Positions 38,482-47,044 of a stretch of DNA of 64,000 nucleotides are shown here, one piece after another. The first letter of the stretch is position 1. Each line of letters opens with the position of its first letter. The stretch lies in assembly GCA_965279525.1 (NCBI GenBank), contig CBDIIB010000004.1, forward strand, positions 1,248,001 to 1,312,000, read 5' to 3'. The stretch is from Tagaea sp. Lineage in GTDB: Bacteria > Pseudomonadota > Alphaproteobacteria > CACIAM-22H2. A program made the translations under genes and the position numbers. The notes under the pieces were generated by a model. The model ran no database searches and had not been told where the DNA came from. It saw nothing but the letters and a program-made list of their open reading frames with translations.

Positions 38482-39978
38482 TCAGAGTAAGTCGATGGCG
38501 GGTTGACGCCGCTTGCGGCGCCAATCGCGCCAAAGCGGCCATATGAACATCAATGCCGAGACAATCAGGAATCCAAGCGTGATCGGACGCTCGAACAGTG
38601 GCGACAGGGAGCCATTCGAAGCCATGAGGCCGGCCCTTAGCTGGCCTTCGGCGAGCGGCGCCAGAATGAGGCCAATAACGAAAGGCCCAAGCGGGGCACC
38701 AACCATCTCGAGCGCGAACCCAACGATGCCGAAGCCGATCATGGTCCAGACGTCAAAAATCCGGCCGTTCTCGGCAAGCCCGCCGATCACGCAAAGAACG
38801 AGAATGATCGGCAAAACGTAGGCACGTTGAACGTACATCAGGCGCGCGATCAGCATGCATCCTGCGACCATCATGACGAACATCACGACGTGTGCGGCAA
38901 GATGCGTCGCCATCAGCGCGTTGACGACCTCGGGCGAATTCGTAAAGAGCGTCGGGCCGGGCTGGATGTTGTGCATTAGGAGTCCGGCTAGCAATATTGA
39001 AGCCGCCGGGCTTCCCGGAATACCGAGGGTGATCATCGGGATCAGTGCTCCGCCGGTATTGGCGTTATTGGCGGTTTCCGAGGCAACGATGCCGTCCTCG
39101 AAGCCAGTCCCGAATTTCTCGGGCGTCTTCGACATGTTCTTCGCCGTCGAATATGCGACGATCGAACTGATGCTGGCGCCTACTCCAGGCAGGATACCGA
39201 TCCAGATTCCGATCACGGCCGACCGGATGATGTTCCATGCCTGCCGGGCATAGTCGGCCGGTGAAAGGAATATCCCCTTGATGCTCGGATCGAGACGCTC
39301 GAAGCGCTGGCGAGCATGCATCGCGTCCGCGAGGACTTGGCTGATCGCGAATATCCCAAGGATGACAGCCAGACTGCTGAAACCAGCTTCAAGGCTCTCG
39401 AAGCCGAATGTCAGGCGCTTCTGGCCCGACGACTCGTCGATGCCGGGAAACGACACCAACATGCCGAAAAGGCCGGAAAGCAGGCCCTTGATGATGGATC
39501 CTTGGCTGAGGGCGGCGATAAGGACAAGCGCCATCAGAACAAGCGCGAAATTCTCGAATGGACCGAAAACCAACGCCAGTCGCGCCATCATCGGCGAGAG
39601 CGTCACAAGTGCTACCCACGACAATGCACCGCCGATAAGCGACGCGGAGATGCCGAGGCCAAGCGCACGTCCCGGGCGACCGCCGCGCGCCATCGGAAAG
39701 CCGTCGAGTGTCGTGACGACGGACGCTGGTTCGCCCGGGATACGCATCAGCGTTGCCGTAATGAGGCCGCCGGATATGCCGCCGACATACATCGAGGTCA
39801 TGAGAATGACGCCGTCGACGCTGCTCATCCGGTAGGTGAATGGCAGTGACAATGCAAGCAGTGCGCCGCCCGTGAGGCCCGGAAGTGCTCCGACAACGAT
39901 ACCGAGCAACGTGCCGATCATCAGCAAAGCAAAAGGCCCTGCCGTGAATAGATGGAGAAATCCCTGGACGAGATCCAT
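38482..39978 (-). CDS. tctA: Tripartite tricarboxylate transporter large permease
   Basis: GALPGL, IPGEP..V.T.LDG.PMA, GILPG.GA, E.ANNA..GGALIP..TLGIPG. Confidence 0.94.
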   Translation of the reverse strand: MDLVQGFLHLFTAGPFALLMIGTLLGIVVGALPGLTGGALLALSLPFTYRMSSVDGVILMTSMYVGGISGGLITATLMRIPGEPASVVTTLDGFPMARGGRPGRALGLGISASLIGGALSWVALVTLSPMMARLALVFGPFENFALVLMALVLIAALSQGSIIKGLLSGLFGMLVSFPGIDESSGQKRLTFGFESLEAGFSSLAVILGIFAISQVLADAMHARQRFERLDPSIKGIFLSPADYARQAWNIIRSAVIGIWIGILPGVGASISSIVAYSTAKNMSKTPEKFGTGFEDGIVASETANNANTGGALIPMITLGIPGSPAASILLAGLLMHNIQPGPTLFTNSPEVVNALMATHLAAHVVMFVMMVAGCMLIARLMYVQRAYVLPIILVLCVIGGLAENGRIFDVWTMIGFGIVGFALEMVGAPLGPFVIGLILAPLAEGQLRAGLMASNGSLSPLFERPITLGFLIVSALMFIWPLWRDWRRKRRQPAIDLL

Positions 39979-39987
39979 CGCGCGCCT

Positions 39988-40488
39988 CTACGGAAGGTCG
40001 ATGAGGAGCGCGCGAAAGCCAAAGTCGAGTCCGGCGCCGCCGACTATCGCGACGGCCGCGACGATCGCGGCGGCACGCGGTGTCCGATCACTCAGCACCC
40101 AACCAAAGACAGCCATGTAGCCGATCGAGGCAAGCATGAATCCCAAATGCGGGATGGCCGCCGCGTAGAGAATTGCAAGGCCGATACCGTAGACCGAAAG
40201 TCGGTGCGAGATCGCGTAGCTGTCGTCGATCGCCTCAGACATGGTGAAAAGCGCCGTCGAACTGCCACGGGTCGAATGACGAAGGCCGACACGCGCCAAA
40301 AGCACGACGGCGAGCGCGAGAACGATCGCGGCCGTCCAGAATGGGACAGCCGCAGCACCGATCGGATCGTACGGCGCTTTCGGCTGGTTGCGTACGCCCC
40401 ACATCGTCAGCAAGGCGACAGCAATCATCGATACGGCGAAGGCAGCATCGCCTTTCGCAAAGCGCGCGGATTCGCCCTGAATGCTCAC
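39988..40488 (-). CDS. tctB: Tripartite tricarboxylate transporter small permease
   Basis: Four to five TM helices, YDPIG...VP, C-terminal F..LL.DLP; start uncertain (GTG at 40488). Confidence 0.8.
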   Translation of the reverse strand: MSIQGESARFAKGDAAFAVSMIAVALLTMWGVRNQPKAPYDPIGAAAVPFWTAAIVLALAVVLLARVGLRHSTRGSSTALFTMSEAIDDSYAISHRLSVYGIGLAILYAAAIPHLGFMLASIGYMAVFGWVLSDRTPRAAAIVAAVAIVGGAGLDFGFRALLIDLP

Positions 40489-40594
40489 CGGCTTATGTAT
40501 CTGTCGATCGGGTGTAGTGGATCGATCAAGTTCGCGCCTCCTCCGCCGGCCGGGCGTTGTGCCGCTTCGGTCCGGAATGTCCAAAAACTTGACA

Positions 40595-40650
40595 CTTCCA
40601 TCGGAATGGAACAACTACCATCTGGTCTCCAATCCATAACCACTGGATAT
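40595..40650. promoter_or_regulatory. tctB/lysR divergent region with LysR box and a second palindrome
   Basis: T-N11-A box ATAAC-CACTG-GATAT at 40636-40650; TTCCAT-CGGA-ATGGAA at 40596-40611 next to TTGACA (40589-94). Confidence 0.55.
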
Positions 40651-40654
40651 ATCA

Positions 40655-41632
40655 ATGCAGCTTCAGCAACTCCGGCACGTCGTGGCTCTGGTCGAGCATC
40701 GCAGTCTGGTCCGCGCGGCAAAGGCGCTAGGCATATCGCAACCGGCGCTTAGCAAGAGTCTTCGCCGGCTCGAAGCCTATCTCGGCGTCAAGCTCTTCGA
40801 ACGTACTGCACGTGGCGTGCTGGCGACCGAATTTGGCCGTGAGTTCGCACAACACGCCCGGGCCATAGCCGTGGAGGTAAACGAAGCGGAACGAGCGGTC
40901 GGCGCCATCCGCGACGGCCGCGAAGGCCGCATCGTCATCGGATCCGCGCCCAGCGTTATTGCCAGCGTCTTGCCGATTGCCACCGCACGCTTGCTCAAGG
41001 GCCGCAACGACCTGAAGCTGACTGTGATCGGCGGCCTGCACGACCGGCTGTTCGAATGGCTGCGTGCTGGCGAGATCGACGTCGTGATCTCGAACCTCGT
41101 CGAACAGCCGGACGATTCCGACCTCGTCCAAGAGACTCTTTTCGCAGACCGTGTGGTTGTCGCCTGCCGACCGGGCCACCCCCTGCTCGAACGGCGCAAC
41201 CCGCCAAAGAAAGAGATCGAGCGCTATCGCTGGGTATTGCCGGCCACGACCATCCTGACGCGCCAGCATCTTGAGATCGCCATGAAGTCGCACGGGCTGG
41301 CAGCTCCGCGCCTTGCCGTCGAGACGAACGCACTCGCGTTCATGCGTGCGATGATTCTCGAAACCGACTGCCTTGGATTTCTTCCCTCGGTCACCATGGT
41401 GCCTGGACGAGAATGCGCCGGTGTGGTTCCGGCGGGCATCGGCTGGCTCGACTGGGACCGCCCGGTCGGCTTGACACTCCGCCGTAGCGGTGTGCTTTCA
41501 CCGGCCTGCAGGCGCCTGCTCGGCGAGCTTCGCAACGTGTGCGCGGAGAAATTCCCGGCAAACAGGAGTTCGACGGCATTGAAAGCCGTACGTCCGTCGG
41601 GGAAGTCCGCGGATCACCACGGGCTGGTCTGA
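40655..41632 (+). CDS. LysR-family transcriptional regulator
   Basis: AAKALGISQPALSKSLRRLE..LG..LFER..RG HTH and a substrate-binding domain. Confidence 0.95.
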   Translation: MQLQQLRHVVALVEHRSLVRAAKALGISQPALSKSLRRLEAYLGVKLFERTARGVLATEFGREFAQHARAIAVEVNEAERAVGAIRDGREGRIVIGSAPSVIASVLPIATARLLKGRNDLKLTVIGGLHDRLFEWLRAGEIDVVISNLVEQPDDSDLVQETLFADRVVVACRPGHPLLERRNPPKKEIERYRWVLPATTILTRQHLEIAMKSHGLAAPRLAVETNALAFMRAMILETDCLGFLPSVTMVPGRECAGVVPAGIGWLDWDRPVGLTLRRSGVLSPACRRLLGELRNVCAEKFPANRSSTALKAVRPSGKSADHHGLV

Positions 41633-41820
41633 ACTATCGTCCGGGTCGGCGTTCAGCCGATGGAACAGCGCATCGCAACGCCTGCGAATGCCGCACGAAG
41701 CCGCCGGCCCACAGACCGGGATTTGACCGCCATCGACTCGCGCGTGCGCTCGCGCCGTGCCATCAATTGCATCACGGGCGCCATGTGCGCACCACAGAAC
41801 GGATTGGACGAGGAGTCGGC

Positions 41821-43230
41821 ATGACAAGATTCGTCGGCATTACGATATTTCCGGAATACTTCCAGAACGAAGGCGTCGAGGCGGCGCTCGACAATCTTGT
41901 GAACCGCGCCGGCGCAACGGCGATCGCGACATCGCCTTACGTGATGGCAACGGCTCCGGATGGTACAGGCTCGCGCGAACCACCGGCGGATGCCGGTGCG
42001 GGGAAGGTCCGACTTCTGGACCGCCCGCTATGGGGCCGACGGGAATTGTTCGTACGGACGTCGCCAAGCTTCGTTCCCGACGCTTCGCTCTATGCCGGCC
42101 TGCGCTATCGCCCCGCCGCAGCCGACGAGCTTACGGCTTCACAAGGAGGCATCATCGCGGACAGTATTCGGGCGGCAAAGGCTCGTGGCCTTGACGTCTA
42201 TCTTCAGATCCAGGCGGCAATCCCACCCGGCTATCGGGTGCAGTTCGGCGGCCCGGATGAGGACGACCGGCCACGCCTTCCAAACGGCACGTCTCCGGTC
42301 GTCCGGGTCGACAACAATGCATCGCTTGCAAGCCCCCATATTCATGCCTATGCACGCGCGCTCGTGCACGACATCGTGCGCGCGTATCCCGAGATTGACG
42401 GGCTGCGGGTTGATTGGCCGGAATACCCGCCCTACTCACTCGATGGTGCCTTCTTCGACTTCGGGACGCACGCCGAAGCGGCCGCACAGCGGCTCGGCTT
42501 CGACTTTCCCGTCATGCGAGCCGCCGCCGCGTCCCTGCGTTCGCACTTGCTGGGCGGACTCGGTCCCGACGATCTTGCCGACTGGTCTGCCGGAAAAGTA
42601 TCGATCGATTCCGTATTCGGTGGCACGGCACCTCTGGCGGCGTGGCTCCGGTTCAAATCGGCGCTATCGGGCGAGATCATCCGGACTTTTCGCGAAGCGC
42701 TTGATGACGCCGATGGCAGCCACATGAAGCTGGTTCCCAATGCGTTCCCTCCGCCCTGGACGAACCTCAGCGGATTTGATTTCGGCTCGCTCGACGGGAC
42801 ATGCGACGGCGTCTCGGTCAAACTTTATACCATGCACTGGCCGATGATGGTCCGCGCCTGGGCGGATTCGATTGTCACGGCGAATCCGCATCTTGCCGGC
42901 GATCAAAATCTCGGGCGCGGCATCGCACGGCTTTTCGGAATCGGCGACGGGCCGGGGCCAGCGCGCCTGGAAGACTGGCGTTACCCGGAACCCGACGAAC
43001 CACATCCAGCCGGCGCAAAGGCACAGGCTGCGAAGATCGAGGCCGCGCGCCGCATGGCCGGTCGAGTACCTGTCTATGCGCTGGCCCACGGCTATGGCCC
43101 GGTCGACGACTTCGAGGCCCGCTGCCGAATCGCCTGGAACGCATCCGGCGGCCGGATCTGGATCAACAGGTACGGATATCTGGCTGACGCGAAGCTCGAC
43201 GCGATCGGCCGCGTATCGAGGCATGCTTGA
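41821..43230 (+). CDS. Hypothetical protein, probable TIM-barrel glycoside-hydrolase-like fold
   Basis: GAGGAG SD before ATG 41821; YPEIDGLRVDWPEYP resembles the GHL10/DUF187 DG..lD..RYP motif; no signal peptide. Confidence 0.65.
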   Translation: MTRFVGITIFPEYFQNEGVEAALDNLVNRAGATAIATSPYVMATAPDGTGSREPPADAGAGKVRLLDRPLWGRRELFVRTSPSFVPDASLYAGLRYRPAAADELTASQGGIIADSIRAAKARGLDVYLQIQAAIPPGYRVQFGGPDEDDRPRLPNGTSPVVRVDNNASLASPHIHAYARALVHDIVRAYPEIDGLRVDWPEYPPYSLDGAFFDFGTHAEAAAQRLGFDFPVMRAAAASLRSHLLGGLGPDDLADWSAGKVSIDSVFGGTAPLAAWLRFKSALSGEIIRTFREALDDADGSHMKLVPNAFPPPWTNLSGFDFGSLDGTCDGVSVKLYTMHWPMMVRAWADSIVTANPHLAGDQNLGRGIARLFGIGDGPGPARLEDWRYPEPDEPHPAGAKAQAAKIEAARRMAGRVPVYALAHGYGPVDDFEARCRIAWNASGGRIWINRYGYLADAKLDAIGRVSRHA

Positions 43231-43286
43231 CCGCCCGCCGCCGAAATCCAATACTCGCAACCAAAGACACAATGGGAGGAAGTCCG

Positions 43287-44237
43287 ATGCTGTTCAAAAT
43301 CGCCGCTGCGATCGTTGCCGTTTTTGCCACCCTCGGACCGGCGATGGCGGCCTGGCCGGAGAAGCCCATCCGAATCGTCGTTCCATTCGGGCCAGGCGGC
43401 ACGACCGACATTCTCGCGCGCACGCTCCAGAAGGTATTCGACGAGCGGAAGATCGTTTCGCAGCCGGTCGCCATCCAGAATGTCGGTGGCCACTTCTCGG
43501 TCGGCGCGCGTCAGGTCATGACCGCACAGCCCGACGGGCACACATTTCTTGCCATCCATCTTGCCCTGTTGTCAGGCGAAGTCGTTGATCCGGCGCGGGG
43601 GGTCTCGTATCGCAACTTTGAGCCCGTCGCGCTGACTGGCGGTTTCTGCTTCCATCCGATCGTCCGCGCGGACTCGAAGTTCACGACGCTCAAGGAACTT
43701 CTCGACGCGGCTAAGGCCCAGCCCAATACGATTGTCACCGGCGTGAATATCGGCGCGCTCAATCACATGATGGCCCTGTTCATGGAGCAGGGGTTCCCGG
43801 GTGCCAAGTTCCGATATGCACAGATCGGCGGTGGCGGCGAGAACTTTGCAGCGATCATGGGTGGACACACCCAACTCACCGTCCTTTCGAGTTCGGAATA
43901 CCAGACGTACAAGGCGAACGGCATTCGCGCTCTCGCCTATTCGGGACCTGAGCGCCTTTCGCTCGAGCCCGGGATCCCGACCGCACGCGAACTTGGGCTC
44001 GGCTTCGACTATTGCGCCGAGAACTTCTGGTTCGCTCCCAAGGGAACATCGCGTGAGGCGATCGACGGCATGGCGGATGCGCTTGAGAAGGCGAACGGGT
44101 CACCGGACATCAAGGATTTCTTCCAGAAGCAGGCTCAAACCGGTCAGTTCATGCGTGGGGCTGCTTTCGCAAGGCGGCTCGACGAGGTGTTCAAGATGAT
44201 TGAGCCTGTCGCCAAGACTGCCGCTCCAGCACGCTGA
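43287..44237 (+). CDS. tctC: Tripartite tricarboxylate transporter substrate-binding protein (TctC/Bug)
   Basis: Signal peptide, WPEKPIRIVVPFGPGGTTD..AR, PDGHT, PTARELG, APKGT. Confidence 0.92.
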   Translation: MLFKIAAAIVAVFATLGPAMAAWPEKPIRIVVPFGPGGTTDILARTLQKVFDERKIVSQPVAIQNVGGHFSVGARQVMTAQPDGHTFLAIHLALLSGEVVDPARGVSYRNFEPVALTGGFCFHPIVRADSKFTTLKELLDAAKAQPNTIVTGVNIGALNHMMALFMEQGFPGAKFRYAQIGGGGENFAAIMGGHTQLTVLSSSEYQTYKANGIRALAYSGPERLSLEPGIPTARELGLGFDYCAENFWFAPKGTSREAIDGMADALEKANGSPDIKDFFQKQAQTGQFMRGAAFARRLDEVFKMIEPVAKTAAPAR

Positions 44238-44247
44238 GGCTCGGAAC

Positions 44248-44760
44248 TTGTCCAACAGCGATCCGCCGGACGGCGATCGTCGGACCGACACACTCGCTGC
44301 TGTGGTCGTGCTGGCCATTGCTGGCATCGTATTCGTCGCCGGCTGGCGCGAGCCGCCGGCGGTCTACGATCCACTCGGCCCCGGTGCAGTACCGATGGCA
44401 GCGGCGGCGGCACTATTCGCATTGGGGCTCGCTCTCCTCGTGCGTGCGTTGCTCGGCCTGCATATCGGTCAAGCGGCGCAGTCGCTGATCGGGGGCCTGG
44501 ATACTTCGGGCGAAGATGTCGACTACCCGCTCCGACCCGGGCTCGCGGCATTCGCATATGCCGCGACGGCCGCCTATGTCGCTGCTATCTGGCTTGCGGT
44601 TCCGTTCTTCCTTTCGACGTTCGCATTTCTTTCCGTCCTCGGACTTGCAATGGCGCGCTTGCGGCGGCCACTTGCCTACTGGGTCATCGGCGCGGCGCTG
44701 ACAGCGACGATCTCGATCGAGCACGTCTTCCGCAAGGTACTTCTCGTGTCGCTTCCATGA
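44248..44760 (+). CDS. tctB: Tripartite tricarboxylate transporter small permease
   Basis: TM helices, YDPLGPG.VP, C-terminal F.KVLLVSLP; TTG start with GAGG SD. Confidence 0.82.
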   Translation: MSNSDPPDGDRRTDTLAAVVVLAIAGIVFVAGWREPPAVYDPLGPGAVPMAAAAALFALGLALLVRALLGLHIGQAAQSLIGGLDTSGEDVDYPLRPGLAAFAYAATAAYVAAIWLAVPFFLSTFAFLSVLGLAMARLRRPLAYWVIGAALTATISIEHVFRKVLLVSLP

Positions 44761-46241
44761 CGCTCGCTGACGCATTCCTCAATCTCGCCACGCCACTCCC
44801 GTTCCTGATCATGATGGTCGGCGTGACGATTGGCATTGCCGTCGGCGTCATGCCGGGTATCACCGCCGGAATGCTGATGGCGTTGACGCTGCCATTTACC
44901 TATTCGATGGCGCCGACCAACGCGATCATCCTGCTCATCTCGATGTTCGTGGGCGGGATATCGGGCGGCCTCGTGACGGCAACACTCATGCGCATTCCCG
45001 GCGAACCGAACGCCGTCATGACGACGCTAGACGGCTATCCGCTTGCCAAGAAGGGTTTTCCGGGCCGGGCACTTGGTCTCGGCAACGCCGGTTCGATCGT
45101 CGGCGGTTTCGTGGGCTGGCTCTTTCTGGTGTTGCTGACGCGCCCTGTCGCCGATCTCGCGGTATTGTTGGGACCGTGGGAGAACTTTGCGCTCGTGCTG
45201 ACGGCACTCGTGCTCGTTTCCTCCCTCAGCCGTGGTTCGTTCCTCAAGGGAATGATCTCAGCCTTGCTCGGGGTTCTCGTTGCGATGCCGGGCGTCGACC
45301 AGACTTCCGGTATCGTGCGTCTCACATTCGGCATCGAGGCACTGACCAACGGCTTCCAGTTGCTGCCTGTTGTGATCGGCCTGTTCGCGATGTCGCAGCT
45401 CGTTGCCGATACGATGCATATCGATCAGAGCAACGAACATATCCGCGCGTCGATGCGTGGGGTCGTCCTCCGGCTGCGCGACTATGTCGTGCACGGCTGG
45501 AACATGCTGCGATCGTCGCTGATCGGAGTGTGGATCGGAATCCACCCGGGGGTGGGCTCGGCGGTGTCGTCGATCGTCGCCTATACGGTCGCGAAGAACG
45601 TGTCGAAGACGCCGGAGGCGTTTGGCACCGGCAGCGAGGAGGCGATCGTCGCGGCCGAGAGCGCCAACAACGCGACCACCGGTGGCTCGCTTATCCCGCT
45701 CCTCGCGCTGGGCATTCCCGGTGGGATCGCCGATGCCATCCTGCTGGCGGCCCTCGTCATGCATAACCTGCGGCCGGGGCCCTTGCTGTTCTCGACGAAC
45801 CCGGAAATCGTCAACACAATCATGGCGACGCACCTCGTGGCGCACATCGCGATGTACCTGCTGATGACGGCGGGTGTGCTTCTCTTTGCCCGCCTGATGC
45901 TTGTGCCCCGCGCGGTTCTGTTTCCGATCGTCGTCGTGTTCTGCATTGTCGGTGCGTTCGCGGTCGACGGGCAGGTCTCCGACGTCTGGATCATGCTGCT
46001 GTTCGGATTGGTCGGCTTGTCGATGGAGCTGGCACGCTTCCCGCTTGCCCCGTTCGTGATCGGTTTCGTCCTAGCTCCGATGGCCGAAGCAAAGCTGCGT
46101 TCGGCGCTGATGATTTCGGATGGTTCCATGTTGCCGCTCGTGACCCGCCCCGGCTCGCTCGGCCTGCTGCTCGTCGCGGCCGCATGCTTCGTCTGGCCGT
46201 TCTGGCGGGCATGGCGAGCGGGCCGGCAAGCGACAAAGTAA
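44757..46241 (+). CDS. tctA: Tripartite tricarboxylate transporter large permease
   Basis: GVMPGI, IPGEP...T.LDGYP, ESANNA..GG.LIP.L.LGIPG. Confidence 0.94.
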   Translation: MTLADAFLNLATPLPFLIMMVGVTIGIAVGVMPGITAGMLMALTLPFTYSMAPTNAIILLISMFVGGISGGLVTATLMRIPGEPNAVMTTLDGYPLAKKGFPGRALGLGNAGSIVGGFVGWLFLVLLTRPVADLAVLLGPWENFALVLTALVLVSSLSRGSFLKGMISALLGVLVAMPGVDQTSGIVRLTFGIEALTNGFQLLPVVIGLFAMSQLVADTMHIDQSNEHIRASMRGVVLRLRDYVVHGWNMLRSSLIGVWIGIHPGVGSAVSSIVAYTVAKNVSKTPEAFGTGSEEAIVAAESANNATTGGSLIPLLALGIPGGIADAILLAALVMHNLRPGPLLFSTNPEIVNTIMATHLVAHIAMYLLMTAGVLLFARLMLVPRAVLFPIVVVFCIVGAFAVDGQVSDVWIMLLFGLVGLSMELARFPLAPFVIGFVLAPMAEAKLRSALMISDGSMLPLVTRPGSLGLLLVAAACFVWPFWRAWRAGRQATK

Positions 46242-46288
46242 CGGCTCTGCGGCACGGTGATGGTCTCGCTTTGAATGTCCTTTCCGGA

Positions 46289-46362
46289 TATTTGATCAAA
46301 GATTGACTCTATAAACATAATTATGCACGCTGTTATCCAATAATCCGGGCTATTTGATCAAA
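46289..46362 (+). promoter_or_regulatory. Promoter flanked by two identical palindromic operators
   Basis: TATTTGATCAAA at 46289-46300 and 46351-46362; TTGACT at 46303-08; AT-rich island. Confidence 0.7.
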
Positions 46363-46384
46363 ACCGGACCGGTTGAGGATACGC

Positions 46385-47044
46385 ATGCTGCCGGAGATCG
46401 AGGAAGGGCCGATCTGTGACCGTTTACGCCAGGACATACTGTCCGGGGTGTTTCCGTTTGGCGGCCGACTCAAGATCGACGAGCTTGCGGCACGCTACAC
46501 GACAAGCCATATGCCGATTCGCGAAGCGCTTCGCCAACTCCAGGGCGAGGGTCTCGTCAATGTCGAGCCGAACCGGGGCGCCCGCGTACGAGCAGTCGAT
46601 GTCGAGTTCGTGCGCGACCTGTTCGACCTGCGAATCGCACTCGAGGCGATGCTGGCGAGGCGCGCGGCAGAGAGGATCGTCTCTTCACAACTCGATGAAA
46701 TCCGCCGGATTGAATCCGACCTCGAGGCAAGCGCCGCCCGGTCCGACTTTGCCGCGGTTCTTGTCGCCAACCAAGCGTTCCATGCAGTTATCAACAATGC
46801 CGCCGGAAACGTCGAAGCGATACGAATCCTCGACCGCCACTGGAACATCATTGTCGCGCTTTGGGGACGTCATGGTTATGGCGAGGAACGTGTCGCAGGG
46901 GTGATCTCCGACCACCGGCAGATCATCGTGGCACTATCCCAGCGCGATGCAGAAGGTGCGGCGATCCTTCAGACCGCACACGCGGCAAAGGCCAAGCAGG
47001 AGATGCTGCGCAGGATCCAGGCGGCCGAAGTGGGGCTGCAATGA
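46385..47044 (+). CDS. GntR-family regulator (FadR/FCD subfamily)
   Basis: S.MPIREAL..L..EGLV...PNRGA.V HTH; FCD domain with N..FH and H..I residues; GAGG SD. Confidence 0.92.
   Translation: MLPEIEEGPICDRLRQDILSGVFPFGGRLKIDELAARYTTSHMPIREALRQLQGEGLVNVEPNRGARVRAVDVEFVRDLFDLRIALEAMLARRAAERIVSSQLDEIRRIESDLEASAARSDFAAVLVANQAFHAVINNAAGNVEAIRILDRHWNIIVALWGRHGYGEERVAGVISDHRQIIVALSQRDAEGAAILQTAHAAKAKQEMLRRIQAAEVGLQ

Noticed and set aside
41633-41820. 188-bp gap after lysR, considered as an ncRNA or an N-terminal extension of the next ORF
   Set aside because: No recognisable RNA motif, and a strong SD supports the start at 41821.
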